Source: Paraphysomonas bandaiensis (lineage: Eukaryota; Protista; Chrysophyceae). From it: a stretch of DNA of 64,000 nucleotides. The translations under genes and the position numbers were made by a program. The stretch lies in the NCBI GenBank assembly GCA_965644295.1, contig CBFFRP010000269.1, positions 6,558 to 70,557 on the forward strand, given 5' to 3'. This document shows positions 49,346-60,708 of this stretch, in pieces. How positions within the stretch are numbered: the first letter of the stretch is position 1; every line of letters starts with the position of its first letter. Under the pieces are notes generated by a model that was not told where the DNA came from, ran no database searches, and worked only from the letters and a program-made list of their open reading frames with translations.

Positions 49346-51841
49346 ATGAAGAACGTGTGGTTGAGAGATCTTGAGCGAGCACCTGCACCCAAAGCCAAGA
49401 AATATATAGACATACGACCTTTAACTGCCCCTGAGAATGCATATGAAGATACTCATCTTAATGAAATGTCTCAATGTACATCTGTGAGTCGTCCATCAAC
49501 ATCTAGTGAGTGGCGTCAGGCGTTTAAAGGCCCTCATAAAACAGGATTTTTGGAACCGATTCATCCAAATAAAACTGTTTCGAAAACGAAACGAATATTA
49601 AGACGTGCATCACGTGAAGATTTAAAGTTTCAGTCGACAGGTCCTCCTCCTGGTCACATTGCACGTGAGGTCGCAGAGAAGCGTGAAAGAGAAAAGGAGC
49701 TAGCCAGAAGGAGGATGTTGAGACAGGATACGAAAGTATTCAACTTCACTGAAGATATTAAAAAGATGTTATCATTTGGACAATTTGATTGTAAGGAAAG
49801 GCCCGAGTGGGACCAGCGTTTCATACGTTCTCACGTGGACAAGAGGGAGCAGGCTTTGGCCAGGCGAAATGCACAGAGGATAAGAGAAAAAGCCCTTTCA
49901 AGTGGACAGAATGCCATCAGTGTAACCATGCGTGATGTATTAGAAATGTATACTGCTCCGTATAAGATTCCGAGAGGAAAGAATGCATGTGTTCGTGCTC
50001 CTGTTCGACTGAATGATGACGAGTTGCATGTATGGAACAAAGGGAGGATGGCATTGCACCACTCCGGTACCCAAATTCAACACAAGAATTTGCAGCAACT
50101 AGCTACGATATGCAGAAAGCATTTGCGCCCTACTCATGACAATATCATCATTGTCCATTTCTTGCGGTTTGTAAATATTTTGTTAGGAGGAACACCTTCT
50201 TTCAAGAGTGCCCAAGTGATTCTATTGAAGGATATAAACTATCTTCATCGATTGATTCAGAATGTGAGTCGCATATAAATGTGAGCGCAATTCCTAATTT
50301 TGGCTTTGTAATCTGGCAGATTAATCCTCTAAGCTTACCACTGGACTACATTCGTGCTGCAGTAACTTTTCGTATGAAAGAATTGGAGAAAGATGGATGT
50401 CACTTTTCTGCAGAAAGTGACAATCAGCTCGTCGAATGCAGTTCAGATTCTGGAGGTGGTGATGATCACATGTCAACCTCACAGCAATCCTCTGTGTCCC
50501 ACTTAACACAGCCAAATAGCTTGTCTGAGGCCACTGGGCAAAGCCAGCACAGCAATAGCGTAGCAAGTGACACGATGGGTAAGCTATCCACTTGGGAAGT
50601 ATTTATACAAAATTTGCAGAGGTAGGAACGAACTGAAGTTGCTGTTTTGTCGTGACTAATGCTCTGTGTTTTCACAATGCAGCTGGGTTTTTTCTATAAG
50701 TCTCCTTGGTAAAATAATACTAGTCAGTGCAGAAAGAACTCCTATAAATATATTAATGTCACAGAAGCGGAAGAGCTCCAATAATGCCCTCACAGTCCTT
50801 CAGAAGTCTGTGCGTATCAGAGATATCAAAGTGACCAATGCCTTGTTCACTGGCGAAAACGAGGATGAGGAACAGCAAATTCAATCGCAATCATCTGGGC
50901 ATAGTTCCAGCACACCAAAACCTGAAACACGACATCGGCTTAGTGTAATCCTGGGTATTTCACCAGGATCCACTCCCTTTGAGCCTTACAATTTTGTAAA
51001 CCACATGCCTATTACTCCATGTCCCGAGGAAGAGGTTAGCGAGGAAGATGTAAATGACTTTCGTAGACAATTTTTTGGAGTTCGTGCTCCTGCTAGAGAT
51101 TTTCGCAGTCTCGCTCGGATGAGTTCAAGGAGTTATGGAGATCTGGAAGTGCTTCTCAAGCCGTGTTATGGTACTGGTACATCTGTGGCGGACGAATCAA
51201 TTTTCGACGATTCCGTCGGCATGATAGAGGGATATCTAGAAGAGAAAAACATCTCGAGCTCGAAATCTGGGAGTAGCATTAGCCCAACGAAATTTGGAGA
51301 TCGTGAGCATAGTAGTGTCGCTCATACAAACTCTTGTGAATCCGAGAATTACCCTCCTACTAATCCAGGTGATAAACGAATTCTCTCTGACGCGAACAAA
51401 TACCTGGAAGTTGACGGCACAGATAAAAATAAGTATCGACTGGATAAGACAGGTAACTTACTTGTCGGTGTGGGTGGAAAATTTTCTCCTTCCTCTAAAA
51501 ACATGGCTCTCTACTACGATATGATCACCCCTGGGGAGAGTGCAGAAGTGTATGTTGTTGGCTCAAAGTTGGAGACCAAAAAGCTCACTGCTGTTGATAT
51601 GTGTTCGTCATCAAACAGAAAAATATTAAGCGACGAGGATATCAAGTCCGAACTTGAATCAGGAGAGACTCCAGAGGAGTATTGGCAGAAAGTCAAAGAA
51701 CAAAAGATAAAAGAGAATCAAGACTTTGTGGAAGCGTTGTGTCGCCTCTCTGACTTAAAGGAAGACCCCCCGTTGTCATCCAAAAGTAATCCTGGATGTC
51801 GTAGCATGAGGTCTAAGTCAAGGCCACAGCTAGTGGAATGA
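49346..51841 (+). CDS. Large hypothetical protein (3 exons)
   Basis: Three long consecutive plus-strand ORFs joined by short GT-AG introns. No recognisable domain. Confidence 0.7.
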
Positions 51842-52140
51842 TTCGATGACTCCTTAATTATTACGTTGTTTTTAATCATTGTAGAGTAGAATGCCTTTTT
51901 TTATTGATTTTAAAAATGTGGGTTGTAGTGTGTATATTACTCAGCTGCTGAAGTACTCAACGAATAGTTTAGTGTTAGTTTTGTTCCAATGTGGTATAAT
52001 AAAGATACCTCGTTACCATATGTAAAAGTATTGCAATACAAGTGCACAAAAATGTACTCAAAGTTTAAATTCAATAGGTACTATGCATATTATCGGACGC
52101 TTTATCGCATATAATATATATAGTATTGAAGGTCTTTTTA

Positions 52141-52315
52141 TTTAGCAATAGGCGTTAAAAACTCGTTCCGATATAGTGGCTAGTTGAATGCTAGATCTAC
52201 TAGGTAGACCTCTACCCATAACTAATCAGCACAAATTCTATTATCCTACTATTTAGCGCTACAGAAGCTGCTTGTGCGTCGCCGGAAGCACCAAGGTGCA
52301 ACCACTTCCGTTCTT
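52141..52315 (-). repeat. Dispersed repeat family, copy F (3' part)
   Basis: TTTAGCAATAGGCGTTAAAA ... AGCACCAAGGTGCAACCACTTCCG is the reverse complement of the family 3' end. Confidence 0.8.
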
Positions 52316-53453
52316 AATGTTGTGTGTGAGTTCGCCCTGCTCGTGTGTCTGAGGACTCACTGGCGCGTGTTGTCCGGGGGTCTCCCCTTGGGATAAGGTT
52401 CCGCCAGGCTCTGAGGTACAGGGTTCTGTATTAAGGTCCTGAGTGTACCGAGCACTAGATGTGTGTGCTGAGAGGTTGATGGTGTGGTGGAATGTGGCGG
52501 TGTCGCCGTGCACCGTCTGGGCGTTGGGCATAAATAATATATATCTATTGTTACAGTGGTACTAGTTAGCAGTACTTGACTAATATAACAAACTGGATAC
52601 AGCTAATGCCATACAGTCAGCGTTTCAAGGATATATTATGTTTGTATACGAAGAGTTAAAGAGTAAGAATGACCACTTCGTACTGAGTATTAAGTATTAA
52701 CTACGAACTACCACTGAGACGTGTAGTGTAATAAAGTATTGCCTCAATTAGTATGTTGACTGGAAGCGAACTCATCTAGCAATATGTCTTTACAAAATTG
52801 ATCACATAAATATAAAAGTATATGTATTCATTTGAAACAAATATATTGTGTTTAAAACGTTTTCCTCTGAAAACTCTGAGATCACAACTCTGAGGATTCA
52901 GATGCCTATTAAGGTGCATAATTTAGATTTTCCTAATAGGAATTGTCGCTTAGATTCCAATTTTAATAATTAATTAATATATTGGCATATTATACATATA
53001 TCTTCTTTTTAAGCGTTTACTGAAAAAATCGCTCTGTACAAACTTCATAGTGTTATTCATAATCAACTGAAATGTTCCAATACTTTAGCATATGCTGCGT
53101 TGTTAGAGATTTGATGGCTTACAAAATATGTATAAACTTCACAACAACATTTGTTTACTATCATGATATCTTGCTTAATAAGTGTTTCCGATTTACAATA
53201 ACCTCAGTGAACATATTGAGATGACATGACGGGTTTTGCGTATCTTACACGGAAAACTCCATTCTATACTACCATACAGTAATCATAACTAATCTTTATT
53301 GCATTACCAACAAAAGTTGGGCGTCTGAGAATGATACAGAAAATATTTCATGGTAAAAGCTACATTGCCATATACGTAATATTCAATGGCTACACTCATA
53401 AGTATCACCGTCTACTGGCCCAACAGCTGGCAGCCCTCGCTTATCCCACATCC

Positions 53454-56400
53454 TTACACGACTCTATTGAACCTGTACTCCTCTTCTTCATTATCATATT
53501 CTAGTGATGCCGGTAGCCCTCCCAAACCCCCTAAGCCTAGCTGAAGTCCGAGATCATCGTCACTTTCTACAGCTGGTAGCGGAGAATACTTTCCACTGTG
53601 TCGGAAATGGTCAATCTTTCTGGACAAATCTTCCTTTAGCCTGTTTAGGCGCCTGTTTTAAAGTGCAAATATCAACAGAACTCAGTGTTCAAAACACACA
53701 AAGTCTATATGACTTGAAAATATAACTTACCCTCGAGCACGCCCAATAATACTGGTTCCCGTCGAAGGATTCTGATTACTGGTCTCATCCGATTGATCCA
53801 CTTGTAGAATAGGTCTTTTATACAACTTCAGTGATATGGACGAAACCACTACAGATATAGACGATAGAGCCATGCACAAACCAGCGTATTGAGGTGGTAA
53901 AATAGAATGTGTGATGGGAAATATTATTCCCGCTGCGACTGGAATTGCTAAAACATTATACATCAGCGCCCACAGGAGGTTCAAACGAATACGACCAAAT
54001 ACAACTTTCGCAAGGTCCAATGCGACCACCACATCATGCAAATTATTCCGGACCACCACCATATCTGCCGCATCGATTGCAATATGCGTGCCAGCACCAA
54101 CAGCAATGCCCAAGTCTGACTGTGATATAGCAGGAGAGTCGTTTATACCTGTACGTAGTGCGTCAAGTTACGTGTCCGTCATCAATACGGTACTTCAATA
54201 TAGTCACGCAGTGGATAACATAGAGGTCATAACACGTTGAGTGAGGCAAATACAATACATTATACATATAACTGATGGAATTTTTTAAGGAAATACAAAA
54301 CAATATGTTTACTCACCATCTCCAACCATCGCTACACACCCGCCTGCCCTCTGGAGCTCCAACACCTTCCTTACCTTATCCGCTGGGAGAGCTCCAGCAA
54401 CTATCCTATCTTGCGGGATATGCAACTCGTCCCCAATGGCTTCTGCAGTGGTGCGGTTATCACCAGTAACCATCCAGATATCTATTCCCATTCTTTTCAG
54501 TGCAGCGATGGCTGTACAAGCCTCTGGCTTGATGATATCTGCAATCCCTAGAACTCCAATAATCGCAGAATTGAATGCTACACACACTGCTGTCTTCCCC
54601 TGTACTTCAAGATCCCACATAGCTGCGTCTATTACAGGCCCAAGCGTGATGTGGTGCGTCTCCATATGAACTCTGTTGCCCACTAGCACACAGGTACCAT
54701 CCGGAAATGTGCAACTGACACCCCCAGTGTGCATACCATACTTTGCGGAGGAGTTGTCCGGTGGAATGATGTGCCGATCCTTAGCAGCGGTAATAATGGC
54801 ACTAGCAAGTGGGTGCTCACTGTTTTGCTCCGCAAGGGCGGCAAGTCGAAGCATATGAGCCCTTTGTTCCGATTCTGAATCACGTGTCGCGTTCAAATGA
54901 TAGTGGCATACTATAAAAGGTGTTACCTAATGCCCCACCGGACTGTATGACAGCTGTATCATCAGTCAACACAAGTTCATCCGTGACAGTTGGTTTGCCC
55001 AGCGTAAGAGTTCCGGTCTTGTCAAATATAACTGTGTTTACTCTGCAACACAAGAAATAATGCATTGCATGTATTACCAGCGGATAATTTTCTCTAACTT
55101 ACTTGTGGGCCACTTCGAATGGGGGTCCACCTTTAATTAAGACGCCATTAGTTGCCCCAACAGATGTTCCAACCTATGTTTCGACATCAGCTCGCCGTAA
55201 GATACGCAACAAAGTAAACAATAGAAAACTACTGTCCATGAGCACATAATAACATACCATTATAGCAGTGGGAGTCGCTAACCCTAAAGCACACGGGCAA
55301 CTGATGACAACAACAGATATGCAAAATAGTAGCGAAAATAACAGAGGATCGTGCCCATAACCCGCCTCATTGTACCATCCTAGGGGAACCCGGTGAGTGG
55401 AGGAAAAGAAAAACCACACCATGAAGGTCAGCAAAGCCAGGAAGAGCACACATGGCGTAAACACCCCCGCTACAACATCTGCATACGCCTGAATAGGTGC
55501 CTTGTTCATTTGCGCCGCTTCAACAAGTTGAATTATCTGAGACAACGCACTCTCTGACCCAAGAGAAGTAACGCGGACGTAGAGCACTCCCTTTTGATTG
55601 ATCGTACTACCGTAAAGTGAGCTTCCTACCCCACGCATTACAGGCACAGATTCTCCTGCGCGTATGACACCCATCAAATGTGCTCGATCAGAACAGGCAC
55701 AAGATTCAAATGCACGGGACTGTTGTGTACATACTAGAGCGTATATAAATTCAAACAATTACCGGTTATGAGGGACTCGTCCACGTAGGAGCTACCCCGA
55801 ACAACCTCCCCATCTGTTGGCACTCTTTCTCCAGGATAAACCTGTATACAACATTTATCAGTGTTTAGGTTTAATTCTATGAGTAACCCGAGAAAACTAT
55901 AAACGTATTACCAGAATATAAGCATACCACAGTACCTTAATAATGTCGTTTCTTTGCACAAGATCAATATCGATCTCCTGAAGTTCTTCTATGTGGTCAA
56001 TATTCAAAGCCATCACATCGTCGACACCCGAGCTCCCAATGGGTGATGACCACTTATTCGATTGAGTGTTGTTACATATAATATCATCGCTATTCACAAC
56101 CAATGTTGCCTGCGACAACAGAGTATCAGTACAACGAGAACATAAAAATATGTTAGTACAATACGGACATAAACGATATCTTACAAGTGCAGTCATGACA
56201 AACCAGTACCACTTGATCATCATACTTAGTCTATATATAATAATTCACACGTACCTTTCGTGGTTGCAGTTTCAGTAAACTTGTCATGGCAGATGTTGTG
56301 GACCCTTTTGCGTAAGCTTCCAAGTACTTACCCAGAGTAACAAATAGCAGCAACATTCCTGAAGTTTCGAAGAAAACATGCATTGAAGGTTTATGTGCCA

Positions 56401-58006
56401 TGCAAGAGAAAAAGAGTTCGATCGAGCTATACAAAAAAGTAATTGTAGTTCCAGTAACTACCAAGCAGTCCATTCCATAGCTACCATGTATGGCCCCCAT
56501 AATGGCAGCTCGATAGAATCTATGACCCACAATGACTTGCATTGGGAGGTTCAAGCATACCATAATCATTTGTCCCACCGTGACTCCACCCGAGCACATA
56601 CCAGGCAATGTAAGAAGCATCATTACTCGCGAGGAGCACATCATTGCAATATGTAGCAGAACCACTGGAATTCCAAGAGCGCAGGCTATGATAAGGAGTC
56701 GCTGCCACTCATTGGTATCTGCATCCACACTGCGGTTCTTGTCACTGTTTCTATCATCAGTGTCGGGTATATGTTCGCAAAAATACCCCATATCTCGGAT
56801 CACTTGAATTACTTTCCGTGGTCCAACGGCTTCTGATGTGCTGTCATGCAATTTGATTGTAGCCTTGTTATCCATACAGCTGACGCAGGCCTCTGTGACA
56901 CCAGGAAGTGAGCTCAAGGTGGATTCAATGCGTTTCGCGCAATTCGATGACGACATGCCTGTAATATGTAACCTTAGAGTTCGACTTAAGCGAACGGTAC
57001 TTCCGAGTTTCCTTGGTTCTACTTCCATCGTGGATGAATAGCCTAAATTCCTAATCGTCATGGACAACCTTTCTGGATCACCAACCACCACAGCATCGTA
57101 AGTTACTTCAACGGCCCCAGAGAGTAGGGCCACTCGTACAGATGCCACACCATCGATTTTTAGAAGATTCGTTTCAACAGCTTTAGAGCAATTAGCACAG
57201 CTCATTCCCCCTACTTTTAGACATAAGACATATATGTTGCCATTGTTGATAGTATTGCAATCGCTATCACTATGGCTAACTGACTCCAACGTTTCTTTTC
57301 GAGCAATAGCATCTTGCGCTTCCTGCATCGTGCTGTAAGCATCGCAGGGATAGCCCCCAGTACTCAGCTCCTTCGCAACAGCAGATGGATCAGCGAAACC
57401 CCACAGCTTCACAAGAGACTTGCTATATTCGATTTCAACAGAAACCACGCCATCTAATGAGAGAGCCTTCTCCTGAAGTTTAGATACATCAAGTAGTGGG
57501 TTCAAACGGCGTTTAATATGGAGCACGCTATCTGGCTGTTCCATTCCATTTCCATTATGTGAATTAGATCGCGATTTCGAAACTGGTCCGTCAGGAAGAA
57601 TATCGAAACCAACATCCTCGACAGCTTCGACTAATAACTTCTCGTCGACATTTCCCCATACCATGGCCATCTGCTTCGCAAATTCAGCTTTCGCCCAGAG
57701 AACTCCAGGGACAGATCTTAACGCATTCTCTACAGTAGTCCCACAGTTCTTTTGACACATCATTCCCATAACAGTAAAAACATGAGTCGGAGGACTGTTT
57801 TCGATCAAACAGGCGTCGAAACCAACACTCTCAACGGCTTCAATCAAATCATTCACGGAGGCCGTCCCAACGACTCGAGCTGAATGAGATGGAAATGAAA
57901 CATCTGCAGAATCCACTCCATGAACAGACATGAGAGCATTGTGTACAGTAGTGCCACAGTTATTCTGACACATCATGCCTTCTATGTGCAAAATAATAGT
58001 AGACAT
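53454..58006 (-). CDS. P1B-type copper-transporting ATPase (ATP7/HMA5/RAN1-like), multi-exon
   Basis: Five HMA-like domains, [30 protein letters not shown] and MALSS membrane motifs. Last exon ends ...FNRVV* at 53454. Confidence 0.95.
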
Positions 58007-58495
58007 CTGACAGATTAACTTGTGATATACAACTCTTCGTAATCGCTCCCACTAGGAGAAGTAAGTAGGGATCATTTCCTGTAATCTGACAGGAAAGGAG
58101 TGGAATTATATGGTAAATTAGTGTGGAAATGATATGATTGTAACATGCTTGGCTTATTCTCACAAATATATTGTGAACCAAGAAGATTAATACCGTCTAC
58201 TACACACTATATTCTATACGATTTCTCATATTCTTATTCCAATAATGCCTGTTTTTGTATAATTTCTGGGATATTATACTATAAAACCAGTTTTTTCACA
58301 CTCGGTAGATATTAATATACAACAGCACTGTGTGTACTGCTGTGTATTGTATATCCATACTATGCTACTGTGTACCTGTACAGCACTGTCGTCCTGTTAA
58401 CTATGATCTACTGCATATATGACAGGCAGGGTATGTTACACTCTCACAACTATATATCAAACATGTACTAACTAAAGAAGTGGACGATATTAGTC

Positions 58496-59716
58496 ATGAA
58501 CATGTCTAATAAATCTGATGTATTGGAGTCTCAGGCCTGTAATGCAGTGGACGATTTTTCCAGTAGGAAAATAGGTTCATTAGATGAGTTAAGTGCTCGT
58601 CTACTGCCTGGAAATGACTCGTATTTGAAGTCCTTTCGATCCAGACAGATGATGGAAGGATTGATTGTTTCGTCGTTTGGTGTTAACTCTGATGTATGTC
58701 CTTGGTGTCTTTCATACGTATATATGTATAATTCATACACTGTAGGAGAATGCAATGATTCGACGGATGTATGAGGCCGATTTTAAAGCTAGCCATACTA
58801 ATACATACGTGTCATTAACCGAGGGAACAGCTGATAATGAAGTAGAGGAACTCACGTTGCCAGCTAGCGCGATTGTTGTACCAAATGACACTGAGTGCTT
58901 GTTGAAGGTTGATAATTTTGTTGATGAAAACGATTATGAGTCAGACTATATTCCCACTGGGCAACACCACTCATTGCATAACATAACCCTTGGGGAAGGC
59001 TCTGATGATGGCCCTGATGTTCGCGATGCTTTTACCGTGAACACTGTAAATGACGTAAAGCCCGATCCCGAGTTGCCTGCTTGTGCGCTATTGGATGACA
59101 GCGATGACGACGAGTACATAGGTCAGAGTATTGATGTGGCTTGTGCTGACGGGGAAGTGAGAGCAATGAATGGCTTCAAGCTTAACCTTCCTATTCATTC
59201 CATGGGGGTAAGTTGTGAAGTGTCATATATGTACCTGGTATAAACTGCATTATACGGATGATCTGAGGATCTAGTGTATGATTATTACGCTAGGCTCGCT
59301 CAATCGGATACTTAGATTACTTATAATGGTGTGTATTTATATTGGTATTGTGTGCGTAGCTTTCTTTAGCATCGGAAAGTCAAAAGCATCGAGGTATACG
59401 GTCAGATGCCGACGTATTCCTGGAACACTACGCAAAGCAGAAGGACTCCGTGCAATGTTTGCACACCGATGTTGCAGATGGAGACATAGAAGACGATTGC
59501 CTTGTGCTAGACATGCTAAATGAAGTAGAGGTGATTAATTTGGACGGTGAGGAAATAGTAGAAGAAGACATACAAGATGCCATTATGCGATTACCCTCAC
59601 ATGCTAGATCAGTGATGGAGAGATTCAAGAACTCAGATGATATTAGAAGTTGCGTTAATGACATTGGTGATGGACCGACTAGATCATATGATGATGTGTT
59701 GCCATTGGATGACTAA
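58496..59716 (+). CDS. Acidic hypothetical protein (about 3 exons)
   Basis: Consecutive D/E-rich plus-strand ORFs with plausible introns. Confidence 0.6.
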
Positions 59717-59877
59717 ATTATATATATTCTACATTTACATAACTATAGTAATTGAGTGTTACCTGAGGTGTTTAATCATATCGTAGACCTTTAATTGAAA
59801 GCTATGCATTATGAAGTTATTCGCACTCGTAATACTTTTAATACTCCTAACATGTCCAGGAAACGAGCCGTAATGAC

Positions 59878-60386
59878 CAGGGCCAGTCAACAATATATTG
59901 CAATATATTACAAGATGTTACAAGCTGTAATATATTGCAAGCAAAAATAAATAATTATCCCCATTTTGTCTTAAAAAAAGCTTTTTTGACCTGATTTGGG
60001 CTCATCAGCACCGGGCAAATATAGACATTCAACTTCAATATTCGGTTCAACAGAAGCTCACTTCTATTTTAATTACGATATTGAGAGTCATATGTATGTG
60101 GTTTCATTATAGTACACAATTATAGAGAAACCACAATCATGAGCAAACTATCCAAAGCAGGTCATATAGCACTCCAAGTTATATTCCATCCTTTTCGTCT
60201 GCTGTAGAATATCATAATGATGTCAGTGCAAGCAATCTATCTTCATAACCAGGACTTCGAAACAACTCTAAGAATGTTTCAGGAGAAATAAGATTTAAGG
60301 TTAGTCTTAATATTTAGTAAGAATATACTTGAAATTATTAGAGATAAAGATTGAACGATAAGGCCTAATAGTATAATAGCAAGACA
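59878..60386. mobile_element. hAT terminus and relic flanking the Copia insertion
   Basis: CAGGGCCAGTCAACAATATATTGCAATATATT resembles the TIR/subterminal sequence at 9433. Confidence 0.45.
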
Positions 60387-60543
60387 TGTTTGAGCAGAGC
60401 GTTAGCACCACATACATGTGCGTATCTTGTACAGTCGCGTATCATGTATAGTTTGGTAATTATTCAGTCTATTTGGTATTTCATTGTATATGTGTGTTGT
60501 ATTCACGCGTTAAGAGATATACGTGAATCAATGACTCCTAATA
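60387..60543 (-). mobile_element. 3' LTR of the Copia element (PPT at ~60544-60553)
   Basis: Minus strand reads PPT GAGGGGGAG then TATTAGGAG...CTCAAACA. The distal boundary is inferred from the CA terminus only. Confidence 0.65.
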
Positions 60544-60708
60544 CTCCCCCTCAATGAAATAATCATATGACGTATACATAGATATACGGATATAGGTGTA
60601 TATATTTGGAGATAGTTCTACTGAGGGTAAAACCCACGAGTGCAATCACAGATTGTGGATTACACTGATGTCAACATACAGCATACTCGTGGGAAACTCC
60701 GTAGATCT

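Noticed and set aside
52549-52721. Imperfect inverted ends (TGTTACAGTGGTA / TACCACTGAGACG), possible solo LTR or MITE
   Set aside because: TSD unconvincing and no second copy in the window.
59757-59852. Tiny TGTTACC...CCTAACA LTR-like unit
   Set aside because: No matching TSD and very short.
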